64,000 nt of DNA, taken from the IMG/VR virus record IMGVR_UViG_3300006153_000003. One strand, 5' to 3'. Shown here in pieces: positions 48,955 through 59,900 of the stretch. Source of the DNA: a virus (Duplodnaviria > Caudoviricetes). How positions within the stretch are numbered: position 1 is the first letter of the stretch; the number at the start of each line of letters is the position of its first letter. The position numbers were made by a program, and so were the translations under genes. Under the pieces are notes generated by a model that was given only the letters and a program-made list of their open reading frames with translations, searched no databases and was not told where the DNA came from.

Positions 48955-49553
48955 TCATCATTTAACAAATACCATTCTTAAAAATTTCTATTGCTTTGCT
49001 TGTATAACATACTTCACATCCTGTATCATCATCCAAATATGGGCAAGCATTACATTGCATATTTATTTTTCCATCTCTCAAATCACACAAATTTTTCATA
49101 ACTTAATCTTGTTGGCTGTTCATTAATAAATTTAGCAGCATCATTAAACGATAAAGAATCTGCTCCTGCATCTTCTAAAGCCGAAAAGAAATCCAAGAGA
49201 TTATTTGCATCAATTAATCTCATCCCAGTTTCTAATTTACTATTCTCCATTTTTATCTTCTTTCTCCTTGCTATTTACTAATTCATCCCAGTTATCTATA
49301 ATGTCTTTAATCACTTCATCACAATGTTCTTTATTTTTTCCTTTATAAATGGCCATTATATTATCACCTCCTTATCACTTCCTAAATAATTCTTCTTTAT
49401 TTAATCAACACTTCTACTAAATAATGAAAACAAATCAGCGGGAGACATATCTAATACCAAGTCATCAAATCTATCGCATTGCTTCTTATACGGACAATCA
49501 AAACATTCTTGTCCTAAATCTCTACATTTATTCGCTAAATCCTGTACTGTCAT
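48955..49553 (-). other. Cluster of about four very short ORFs (<60 aa)
   Basis: For example MTVQDLANKCRD..., MAIYKGKNKEHC..., MENSKLETGMRLIDA..., MKNLCDLRDG...; several have an RBS. Confidence 0.45.
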
Positions 49554-49555
49554 AG

Positions 49556-51532
49556 TCACTTTTCTCCTTCAATCATTTTGATAAATTCATTTTCAGATAT
49601 AATCGGAATCCCTAGATCAATTGCCTTCTTATTTTTCCCAGACTGACTTGTTACATTGTTGTTAATCAAATATGATGTTTTCTTGGTTACTGATCCGGAT
49701 ACCTTACCACCCAATGATTCAATTGTAGATATCAACTCATCCCGATTCTTGTAATGCTTCAAACTACCAGTAATTACAAACATTTTCCCCGATAAATCGA
49801 TCCCAGTATTCTTATTATCTTCTATTCTAAATAAAAACTCTTTGCTCAATTCAAAAACAGACAAACTCTTTTCATTCCACCAATCGTCTAATGATTTACG
49901 CATTGAAGGCCCAAATCCATCAATTGACCAAAAATACTTTCCTCCGTATTTAGCCATTATTGTAGTAAAAGCTTCTATATTATGATTACAATGTTTTGAT
50001 ATATCCTTACTTGCTGTTCTGCCAATTAAAGGAATACATAAACTATAAAGGAATCTGTCTAATGTCGTGTTTCTACTTTTTTCGATATTCTCTAGTAGTT
50101 TATCAGATGATTTCTTCCCAAATCCTTCAAGCCGATACATTTCATTTTTGTGCTTTGATAATTGATAGATATCCTGGAATGAATTTATCCATCCCAAGCT
50201 AATAAATTTTTGCAACGTTTGTTCAGATAGTCCTTCAATGCGAATTGCATTTTTACTTACAAAATGTGATAATTTACCAAGCAATTTGCCCTTACAATTT
50301 GGATTGGAACATACAAGAATCTCTGTATCATTATCTTTTACAATCTTTGTATCTCCATCACAAATTGGACATACTTTTACAGGAGAAATTGCATTTTTGT
50401 CCGTAATTTCTATACTGTCTATTTCTGCTGAATCAATCTGTGGAATAATCATGTTACTTTTATATACATTCACTGTTTGCCCTTTATGAGTGATTCCCAG
50501 TTTCTTCATTATAGATAAGTTATGTAATGAAGCTCTTTCAACCATAGTCCCCTCAATCTCTACAGGATTGAAAACTGCTGTCGGCGTAAGAACTCCTGTT
50601 TTTCCCATTGTAAATTCAACATCTAATAATTTTGTAGGATAAATATCATCATAAAATTTGAAAGCCAAGGAATGTTTAGGATGATGTCCTGTCATTCCTA
50701 AAGATTTTCCATAGGCAATATCATTGTAGGACACAACAAGTCCATCAATCGGAAATCCTTTTTTGTATGCTAAATTCTTTAGTGTCTCAATATACTTATC
50801 ATAGTCTTTTTCAATTCCATCTATATAAATGTGTGGAACCACTTCAAAACCTAGCGCTTCGGCATCTTGAAACCCCGTAAGCATAGATTCTTTTTCTCCT
50901 GGCATTTTCCAGACAATAAATCTGATATGTCTTTCTGCAGCTACTCTACTATCTAATTGTCTAACAGATCCACTGGCCAAGTTCCGTGGATTTGCATATT
51001 TCTTATCCACCGGGAGCTTTTTATTGATTTTTTCAAAGTCACCATATGTGATAATTGCTTCACCCTCAATTTCCAAATGTCCTGAGAAATCAATATGTAA
51101 TGGAATATTTTCAAAAACCTTGGCATTGTGGGTAATAATCTCGCCCTCTTCTCCATTACCGCGAGTTTCTGCCTGTGTTAACACTCCATTTTCATAAGTT
51201 AAAAGTATGGTCAATCCGTCCATCTTACACATAAGTAGACAATCTTCATCCTTGGCAAACTTTTTCAAATCTTTAACTGACTTCGTTTTGTCCAGTGAAA
51301 GCATGAGATGACTATGCTTTATCTTTTTTAATTTCGACTTCACCTCATAGCCAACCATCTGAGTCGGAGAATTTGTCATTATAATATTTGTTTCTTCTTC
51401 TAATTTCTTTAACTCATCAAAGAGATCATCATATTCCCGATCTGTTACTATCGATACTGAATCATTATAATATGAATCTCTATACTCGTTTAAGAGCTGA
51501 TTCAGTTCCTTAATTCTCTCTATCTTACTCAA
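49556..51532 (-). CDS. ligA: NAD-dependent DNA ligase
   Basis: KMDG adenylation motif, NPRNLASGS, Zn finger, BRCT. Confidence 0.95.
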   Translation of the reverse strand: MSKIERIKELNQLLNEYRDSYYNDSVSIVTDREYDDLFDELKKLEEETNIIMTNSPTQMVGYEVKSKLKKIKHSHLMLSLDKTKSVKDLKKFAKDEDCLLMCKMDGLTILLTYENGVLTQAETRGNGEEGEIITHNAKVFENIPLHIDFSGHLEIEGEAIITYGDFEKINKKLPVDKKYANPRNLASGSVRQLDSRVAAERHIRFIVWKMPGEKESMLTGFQDAEALGFEVVPHIYIDGIEKDYDKYIETLKNLAYKKGFPIDGLVVSYNDIAYGKSLGMTGHHPKHSLAFKFYDDIYPTKLLDVEFTMGKTGVLTPTAVFNPVEIEGTMVERASLHNLSIMKKLGITHKGQTVNVYKSNMIIPQIDSAEIDSIEITDKNAISPVKVCPICDGDTKIVKDNDTEILVCSNPNCKGKLLGKLSHFVSKNAIRIEGLSEQTLQKFISLGWINSFQDIYQLSKHKNEMYRLEGFGKKSSDKLLENIEKSRNTTLDRFLYSLCIPLIGRTASKDISKHCNHNIEAFTTIMAKYGGKYFWSIDGFGPSMRKSLDDWWNEKSLSVFELSKEFLFRIEDNKNTGIDLSGKMFVITGSLKHYKNRDELISTIESLGGKVSGSVTKKTSYLINNNVTSQSGKNKKAIDLGIPIISENEFIKMIEGEK

Positions 51533-51582
51533 TATTCCCTCCTATAAAACACACATTTAATCAATGTTTCTTTTTGCAAATG

Positions 51583-51987
51583 CTACATACTTTTATGAAT
51601 CATTTTTAATTCTTCAATAACAATTTTCTCTGGAAATGTTAAACTTGTTGCAATATTAAAGATTTGTTCTATAGCTATTAGTAAACCAATAATAATTAGA
51701 ATTATTGTTGCTATACCACTAAGTACAGCCCATACATCATTATAATTATAGGAATCACTTTCTTCATATTTTTTAATAAATCTTTTTGTTTGTTTTGATC
51801 CCCATTTAGCAATAAATAAACAGATTACTCCCATTAAAAGCCATATTACACTTGTTGTAATTTCATAATTTATATATTTTCCACATAGCTTTTCTAGGTA
51901 TGGAATTACATTTGCTGATGTCCAATCAATAGCAAGTCCAAATCGTTCTGCAAGCGCATCTAATACTTTTATAATTTCTTCTGACAT
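51583..51987 (-). CDS. Membrane protein, phage
   Basis: Two TM helices. Confidence 0.55.
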   Translation of the reverse strand: MSEEIIKVLDALAERFGLAIDWTSANVIPYLEKLCGKYINYEITTSVIWLLMGVICLFIAKWGSKQTKRFIKKYEESDSYNYNDVWAVLSGIATIILIIIGLLIAIEQIFNIATSLTFPEKIVIEELKMIHKSM

Positions 51988-52326
51988 TTATTTCTCATCT
52001 CCTTCGTTCCATAGTCCTTTTATTCTATTTGATATAGGATATATTTCTTTTAACAACCAGGCGCGATATTTTAAATAACTTAATGGATAAAAAATTATGT
52101 AATTATCAGAAAATTTTATTGTTTTAGAATCAAGATAATAACTATAATTTTTTCTTGAATAACGGTTATATTTATTTTCATATTTTTGATACACTCTTTT
52201 AAATGAATTAAATGTAACCCAATCATATGTCCTTTCGCTTAATAACGTATCAAAAATATGGAACATATAGTTCATAATAAACCAGAACATACATATAGTA
52301 AGTAAGGTTATCGATATAGCTACCAT
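51988..52326 (-). CDS. Membrane-anchored hypothetical protein
   Basis: GAGGAGG RBS supports start at 52326. Confidence 0.5.
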   Translation of the reverse strand: MVAISITLLTICMFWFIMNYMFHIFDTLLSERTYDWVTFNSFKRVYQKYENKYNRYSRKNYSYYLDSKTIKFSDNYIIFYPLSYLKYRAWLLKEIYPISNRIKGLWNEGDEK

Positions 52327-52348
52327 TATATGCCTCCTCTCATATCCT

Positions 52349-52855
52349 CTATAGATCATCCCAATCATCATAATCATCATTATCCTTCTTTACAGGCTCA
52401 TCCTTCATTAATAAACATACTAAAATCTCAGCATTTGTATCCACAAACACTTCTTCGATGATTGTCTTAACTCTGTCCCAGTCCATTCCTTCATGACCAC
52501 AGCCAAGCCTTGGAATAGCGACTTTCGTAATCAAATTTTCTTCCATCTGATCTTTCATATCTTCTAATGCAGCTCGGAGTTTCTTATATTTTGCCTTCTT
52601 GGTCGGATCTCTCTTGATTACAAGATTGAACACATTATCTACAAGCAGCGCATCTCCCAGGTGATATTTTGCGCCTGGGGTGAAAAATCTATGTAATTTT
52701 TCCTTCATATTAAAGATTAAATCAATCTTTTTTGCTACTCCAGCTCCAAGTGAAAAATCCGCCGTAATGCAGTGTGCAAGGTAATATCCCTGTGGTACAT
52801 CAAATAAATTTCTTTTTTCTTCTTTAATTATCATGTTTTTCTTCTTCCTTTCCAT
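52349..52855 (-). CDS. Macrodomain protein (Poa1p/TARG1/DarG-like)
   Basis: LAHCITADFSLGAGVAK, FNLV.K, AIPRLGCG..G.DW. Confidence 0.85.
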   Translation of the reverse strand: MERKKKNMIIKEEKRNLFDVPQGYYLAHCITADFSLGAGVAKKIDLIFNMKEKLHRFFTPGAKYHLGDALLVDNVFNLVIKRDPTKKAKYKKLRAALEDMKDQMEENLITKVAIPRLGCGHEGMDWDRVKTIIEEVFVDTNAEILVCLLMKDEPVKKDNDDYDDWDDL

Positions 52856-52974
52856 TTACTATTTTAAATTTTGAGTAAGCTTTTATTACATCATTACAAT
52901 ACATTCTGTATTCTTGCATTGTATCCGGATATTTTATAGAATCGACTTTACTTTCGAACATAGTGTTTCATTCT

Positions 52975-53370
52975 TTATTTCTTCTGTTTTATAATTTGTA
53001 AAATTAAATTTAACAGTTCCTCCATCTTATAAGAATTTCCACTAAATAAATCACCTGTGGTTTTGATTTGATATTCCCATTCATTCTCAGGTACAATTTT
53101 TACAGGAACATCGTGGTATATAACTGCCCCTATTGGCACACTCCATTCTGATTCACACCATGAAGCTTTGTGCTTATATTCTTTAATAAGTTTCTTTAAA
53201 CCATTTTGACATCCCTTTGCGTATATTCTGGAATTATTTTTATCTGTCCGATGGATTCTTGGATATTGAACACCTTCTATTTCCATAGGTTTAAATTTAT
53301 TTATCACCAAAAGAACGCCATCAGTTATTCTGTATATATCTTGATAATCTGATTGCACTACTATTTCCAA
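52975..53370 (-). CDS. Hypothetical phage protein
   Basis: GGAGGTG RBS, TTG start. Confidence 0.55.
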   Translation of the reverse strand: MEIVVQSDYQDIYRITDGVLLVINKFKPMEIEGVQYPRIHRTDKNNSRIYAKGCQNGLKKLIKEYKHKASWCESEWSVPIGAVIYHDVPVKIVPENEWEYQIKTTGDLFSGNSYKMEELLNLILQIIKQKK

Positions 53371-53570
53371 TATTTTTCACCTCCAATTACACTTAATGAA
53401 ACCTATCCGTTAAGACCAATCTATGTTCTGATCACAAGTATTACAATTATGTGTTTTTTCATTATTTGCTGTATAAATATAAAACTACCACAGCTTAGAT
53501 ATACTTTTGAATGTAAGTAGGAAATATATCTGTACCTATTCACAAAATCTTGTATATAGTAAAATAGTTT

Positions 53571-53672
53571 GGTGTTAGTCAATAACTGTGTTGACCACCG
53601 TATTTTTGCTATATTGAGATATTGAATTTACTACATCTTTAAGCTATACCAACACAGTTATTGACTAACACC
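53571..53672. mobile_element. 102-bp MITE with 23-bp perfect TIRs and 8-bp TSD
   Basis: GGTGTTAGTCAATAACTGTGTTG ... CAACACAGTTATTGACTAACACC; AATAGTTT at 53563-53570 and 53673-53680. Confidence 0.85.
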
Positions 53673-53830
53673 AATAGTTTATATATTATTCTCTACATAT
53701 TTTCATCACTCACTTTATTTTGTATAATTTTTGTTATATAATATCATTAATAGTTTGATGGTTTTTCCTATCTCGAATATGGGCAACCGATAGTAACCTA
53801 GCTTGATGTTTTTTATGGAGGGATATATTT

Positions 53831-54484
53831 ATGGATGAAAACTTATTTTGGTGTATCATTGGAGTTATAGGTGGAGCCATTGTAAGTTATTTTATTAGCT
53901 ATTTTTTCTATTTCAAAAGCATTAAAAAGAAACGACTTACCTATGATATTAAAACTTTTTGTCTTGTGTCAGATAAAGTAAACAATATAGAGGGATTGGA
54001 ACTAAAATATAATTCCGTAGAAATAGAAGATTTATACTCTTCCACAATAACTATAACTAATATTGGAAATTCAATTATTGAAGAACAAGACATTGTATCT
54101 TCATGTCCGATATCAATATCTACATCTGGACATTTTTTGAAAGCAAAACATGATTCCATAAATTCTTATCCTAAAAATAAAGTTACTGAATATATTTTAT
54201 CTTATAATGAAAATAGCGATGTATGTAATTATGTTGAATTCAATTTTGATTATATTCCCCAAAATGCCATTATATCTTTTTCAGTATTTTATATAGGCGA
54301 TATAAACTTTAATGGTGCATTAAAAGATGGCGAAATAATTTCACCAGATGCTTATGAGAAAAAGTTGGATCTAAAATTGAAATTATTTATAATATATTCG
54401 ATTTTGTGTTATCCTATAGCTATATTTATTGGATTATTATTTACTAGACTCATCATTGCAGTTTTCCAATACTTATTTGGTTGA
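53831..54484 (+). CDS. Membrane protein moron (N- and C-terminal TM helices)
   Basis: Opposite strand to the operon, AT-rich, own RBS and TATAAT upstream. Confidence 0.7.
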   Translation: MDENLFWCIIGVIGGAIVSYFISYFFYFKSIKKKRLTYDIKTFCLVSDKVNNIEGLELKYNSVEIEDLYSSTITITNIGNSIIEEQDIVSSCPISISTSGHFLKAKHDSINSYPKNKVTEYILSYNENSDVCNYVEFNFDYIPQNAIISFSVFYIGDINFNGALKDGEIISPDAYEKKLDLKLKLFIIYSILCYPIAIFIGLLFTRLIIAVFQYLFG

Positions 54485-54569
54485 TCACCAACATTTTTTA
54501 AATAATGTTTTAACATATATTGTATAAGAAATAATTTATCAAATAAAAGTCCTATTTCATGTCCATATT

Positions 54570-54619
54570 CAGTCTATATATAGTGTTTTTAAGTTGTGCG
54601 AACCACTATATATAGACTG
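54570..54619. promoter_or_regulatory. 16-bp inverted repeat comprising tandem NrdR-box-like sites 32 bp apart (or a terminator)
   Basis: CAGTCTATATATAGTG / CACTATATATAGACTG. Confidence 0.55.
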
Positions 54620-54624
54620 TTTTT

Positions 54625-56937
54625 TTATGCTGTTTTTCCTTCTAGCATCATCCATGTATTACGCTTATTGTGACTTGTGCGGATACACTGTAAAAACGCT
54701 TGTGGTTCTGCCAACAGTAGACATCTTTTCTTTGCTCTTGTAAGTAGCGTATACAACATACAGTTATCCAAAAGTTGATGATGTGTATTGTCAATAATAC
54801 CAATAACAATCTTTCTACCGGCTCCCTGTAACTTATGTACAGTCATTGCATAAGCCAGATCCAAAGCTGCCAGTTCTTTCTTTGTGTACTCAATCAATTT
54901 GTCTTTGCCAAAAATGTCAGTATATGTTACCACACAATACTCTTCTTTCTTTTTACCATTTTGTCTCTCACTAATTTCTGTTATATATCCTATTTCTCCA
55001 TTAAACACATTCCTATCATAATCATTTACAGTCTGCATTACTTTAGCACCTAATTTAAATGTCATCTCAAAACCAGATATACTTTGCAATACATCTCCTA
55101 GCAACTTCTCCTGAATTGTTTTATTCAGTTCATTTGTACTATTCAAGCAATCTTTTCTTCGTGGTACTGTAATAACAACATTATCAATCCCATCAGACTC
55201 TACCGATTTTAGAAATGTCTTAACTGCAATATCAAATAATGATTGCCTATTTGTACGGAACATATAATACATATCCTGTAACTCACCATGAATAATTCTC
55301 GGTTGTAACTTTTCAGTTATAGGGTTGATGTTTTCACGGATCAGATTTGCGTCTACAAGAATGCCGGACTTTTCAGCTTGTCTCATTGGCTTAACCAGTT
55401 TACTTACTACTGTATCATCAAACATTTCTATTAAATCAGAAAATACATTACCAAATCCTATTGGCGGTAACTGCTTGTGATCACCAGAAATAATAATTCT
55501 TGTGTTATCATCAATAGCTTCTAACCAATGGAGAAATAAACTGGCATTTACCATACTTCCCTCATCAAGAAATGCAACGCTTGTAATCAAGTGATTATCC
55601 TTATTAAAATCAAACTTATTCAAACCTTTACATCCTAATGTCCTATGAATCGTCATAGCAGGAAATGATGTTGCTTCAGTTATTCTCTGTGCTGCCATAG
55701 CTGATAAAGCAGATGCCGTTAATGTAAATTGGTTCTCTGTATATGCTTTTACAATCGCTCTCATAATGGAAGTCTTACCAGTGCCAGCTTTTCCAGTTAT
55801 TAGGCTGATTGTTCTATGTAAACTTTTATTGATTGTGTCAAGCTGTTCTACTACATATTGAAATCCTTGTTCTTCTTCTGCATGTCTGATCGCCTGTTCT
55901 ATTTTTTCATCAGAGATATTAATGTCCGTCTGTTTCTTAGACTTTTCAAGCAGTATATTATAAATCTGCATTTCTATATCGTGATAATATTTCAATCCTA
56001 CTCTATCTTCTGATATGTGTAAAAACTCATTATTTTCTAATAACCAATCGGTTTTGTCTGCACATTCAGGAACACTATTGCTTATTGCTGACTTTAGAAT
56101 TTTAACTGAACACCATGTATGACCACTGCTTTCTCCCAAATCTGTAAAATAGTATTTTATAAAAGCCACTAATCTTTCAGATTTATTTATAAGTTCTGGC
56201 TTTAATTTTAAAGCTAAATCATCGACCTTCTTAAAGCCAAGCCCATTAATTTTTGTCAAAATGTACGGATTTTCTTCTAATTTCTGTTTTAACAATACCG
56301 GATTAGGCTCGTCTGTGAGAAGTTTCTTAATCATCGTATATGTAACACCTAATGGTTTTAACATAGTTATAATATCCGAAATCAGATAATTATTGATAAT
56401 CTTGTCCCTAATTCTGCTCCAAGTAAATTCTCTAACCCCTTTTACCAAATCATAATCAATCTCCTTTAATGTGCCGTTTGCCACATCATTTACTACATTT
56501 GGATATACATTGATTAAGTTCTCTGCAATCCAAGGCGAGATGATTGATTGCAGAAACATTAGTTGTGACTCTTTTGTTTGCGGAATTAAAGCATATATGG
56601 CTATTGGTGTATACTGATGCCCATATGTTTTGTCATACTTATACTTTGCTTTTACCATATATTCACCGCCGATAACTAATTCTTGCATTTTACCAGCTAA
56701 AGAACTGAACTTTCTATCCCGGTTGACTTCTTTATTGTCCTCAAAAGGTAAATCCATTTTTGTTTCTTTTGTGTATTGAGGAATGTCATCGTCTGTATAG
56801 AAACCATAAACTCCCCAAGTAGTATCTGGGTTATAATATCGCTCATATGTTATAACTGCTTTAAATTTTAGAATATCTTCATCATTCTCAAACAAATTTA
56901 TACTGCTACTCCTTTCTTCCTCATCTGATCTAACCAA
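54625..56937 (-). CDS. recD2: RecD2-like SF1B helicase
   Basis: GKAGTGKT, DEGSM, GDHKQLPPIG, AYAMTVHKLQG, LYTLLTRAK. Confidence 0.9.
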   Translation of the reverse strand: MVRSDEEERSSSINLFENDEDILKFKAVITYERYYNPDTTWGVYGFYTDDDIPQYTKETKMDLPFEDNKEVNRDRKFSSLAGKMQELVIGGEYMVKAKYKYDKTYGHQYTPIAIYALIPQTKESQLMFLQSIISPWIAENLINVYPNVVNDVANGTLKEIDYDLVKGVREFTWSRIRDKIINNYLISDIITMLKPLGVTYTMIKKLLTDEPNPVLLKQKLEENPYILTKINGLGFKKVDDLALKLKPELINKSERLVAFIKYYFTDLGESSGHTWCSVKILKSAISNSVPECADKTDWLLENNEFLHISEDRVGLKYYHDIEMQIYNILLEKSKKQTDINISDEKIEQAIRHAEEEQGFQYVVEQLDTINKSLHRTISLITGKAGTGKTSIMRAIVKAYTENQFTLTASALSAMAAQRITEATSFPAMTIHRTLGCKGLNKFDFNKDNHLITSVAFLDEGSMVNASLFLHWLEAIDDNTRIIISGDHKQLPPIGFGNVFSDLIEMFDDTVVSKLVKPMRQAEKSGILVDANLIRENINPITEKLQPRIIHGELQDMYYMFRTNRQSLFDIAVKTFLKSVESDGIDNVVITVPRRKDCLNSTNELNKTIQEKLLGDVLQSISGFEMTFKLGAKVMQTVNDYDRNVFNGEIGYITEISERQNGKKKEEYCVVTYTDIFGKDKLIEYTKKELAALDLAYAMTVHKLQGAGRKIVIGIIDNTHHQLLDNCMLYTLLTRAKKRCLLLAEPQAFLQCIRTSHNKRNTWMMLEGKTA

Positions 56938-59900
56938 GTATTATATGGCTTTACTTTCTCCACAAAGAAATGTTCTTCCCTCTTTCTTCCAAGTATTGCA
57001 AGGCAGTTTCCTTTCTTAATATCATCGCTATACTGTTTTAATTGACTTGACCAAATAGTTGCCTCAATAATGCCAAACGGTGTATATAGATCTAAATATG
57101 CAAATTGATTCCCGTTTTTATCTTTCTTCCTTTTAATATCAACTATGACACAAAATAATGTAGTCTTATCTCCGTCCTCTACCATATCCCAATCTGTTTT
57201 TGTATATTTGTAAGCATCTTTTAACGGGTCATTCGTCAGGAACATAGATAATGTATCAAACTCCCACATATACTCATCTTTAGCATATTTCTCTTGAAAT
57301 TCGATCATATGATTTTTATATTTCTGATTTTGTTGTTCTATAAATAACTTCTCTTTTGCTTTGTTATAGTCTATCAATAATGCTTCTTTATTTACTTTTT
57401 TCTTATCATTTCTATAATCATCTACATTTAACCCAAACGGGATAAGTTTTGAATATGGAGATGGTAATGTAGTTACTGGTTTATATTTTTTCCTTTCAAA
57501 AAGTCTGTTAGCATATTTCTTTAAAGAAAGCATTTTATCTTTTGTTGGTACTGCTCCAGCTTTAATCAATGTAATAATTGCAGTCTTATCAGAAACTTTT
57601 TCAACAAAATCACTCATGTTTTGATAAGGTCTATTTTCGATAATCTTATAAACAATAGATTCTCCAAGACCTTTAACTGCCAACAGTCCAAACAAAATTT
57701 CATTATTTTCTGGCAAAGCAGTAAACTCAATATCTGATTTATTTACATTCGGTGGAGATACTTTAATGCCTAATCTTTTGCAATCATTAATCACGATACT
57801 AATTTTCTGTACTTTATCACTTTTAGATGTAAGCAGAGCTGCCATAAAATAGATTGTGTAGTGTGTTTTCAAATATGCAGTAAGATAAGATAACAAGCCA
57901 TATGCAACAGCGTGACCACGATTAAAACAATATTCTGCCTGTTTAAGCATTAACTGCCAAATTTCAATCAACTGTTCATTGTTCCAACCTTTTTTTGTAA
58001 GACCAACTCTGAAATCAACTTCAAGTTGCTCCATTACTTCTTTCTTCTTTTTTCCAATAGCTCTTCTTGCATTATCAACTTGTTCCTCTGGAAAATCAGC
58101 ATGTCTGAATAACTGCAATGCCTGTTCTTGATATAATAAAATATAATGGGTTTTACCAAACAATTCTCTTAAATCTTCATGCAAGACAGTTACATTTTGG
58201 GGATATAACTTATTTTGACAATATGTTGGAAAACTTTCTTTTGTTCCAGGACGATTGGCTGCATTAACAACAATAACGTCCTCTACATTATCCGCTTGTG
58301 CTTCAATACACATCCGTCTTCCTTCTGCTGATTCCATCTGGAAAATACCAACTGTATTGCCATTCTTATATACCTTTTCAAAAACCTCTTTATCTTCTAA
58401 GTTCAAATGGTTAATATCAACATCGTCCCATGTAATACTAGCCATTTTTAATGTGTCATCAACAATATCAAGAGTCTCCAGACCAAGATAATCCATCTTT
58501 ACAAGTCCCAAATCATCCATTGCATTATGCATCTCTAATTCGATCATGATATTTTTCTCAGAGTCATAACATAATGGACAATAATCTGTGACTGGCGTAG
58601 GAGTTATAAGTGTCCCTGCTGCGTGTCTTCCCATTGATTTAGGTAAACCCTCAACATCCATTACATACTTAAACCATAGGGGAAATTTATCATATACTTC
58701 TTTCAGCTTTTCATTCTTATTGAGAATATCCTTAAGCAGAACATCTTTTTCTTCCTCTTCTCCTAAATCATTTAGCGTCTTGATTGTCGGAACCATCTTT
58801 GCAACTTCGTCACGCAATTTATATGGTATCTGTTTGTAATATGGAGAATAATCTTTTTCATCCAATACCTTACCAATATCACGAATCGCCACCTTTGTAC
58901 TTAATGTATTAAATGTAGCAATAGGAGCCACGTTTTCTTTTCCAAATAACTCTTCTGATATTTCCACCATTTCTTTTCTTCTTCGTTTTGATATGTCCCA
59001 GTCGAAATCTGCCATAGATTTTCTGCCAAGATTTGCGAAACGTGAAAAGTCTAAATCCCATCTAACACTGTCTATCTGTGTTACATTCAACATAAATAGG
59101 CATAAACAGTTTGCTCCTGAACCTCTGGAATACCCCAATGGTATTTTTCTTTTTCTTGCCTCTTTTGCAAGCATATACAGCATAATGAAATAATCCGTAT
59201 AGTCAACTGCATATAATACTGGCAGTTCTGTTTCAAGCCTTTGTCTTCTTATCTCCTGATCTTCCTTAGACATATGACCAAATTTTTCATCAAAGGTTTT
59301 GAATACCAAATATCTCAAATATTCTTCGTGATTATCATAGCCATTTTCAATATTTATTTTTGGCATGATGTTACCTTTATTCAGACCAATATCAATGTTT
59401 TCAATAATGTCTGTTATATTTACAGACTCTTCAATGCCTTTTCTTATAATGTCTTCAGAAAATTGGTCAGATAACTTTTCGTATATTTCATTCTCAGTCT
59501 GTAAATAGCAGTCTGTATAACTTTCTCCTACTTCTCTCCCTTCCCCTATTTCAACAAACATTGCGTGTGATTCCTTCAAAGAATCACTTAACATATGTGC
59601 ATCTGTTGTAATTGTATATGGTAAATTATGTTTCTGTGAAAAATCATAAATCAGTTGATTTGCATTTGCCTGATCTTCTGTATTGTGTGATTGAAGTTCA
59701 CATACCACATAATCAAATGTATTTTTCAGTTTATCAATATACTCTTCTGCTTCTTCATATTTCCCATTTACAAGGTATCTGCTCAGTCTTCCCGCTTGAC
59801 AAGCTGTTAGGCAGATGATACCTTTTCCAAGACCTTTTTCTTGTATGTATTTAATATCAACCCTTGGTTTCTTATAAAGCCCTTCTGTTCTTGATACAGA

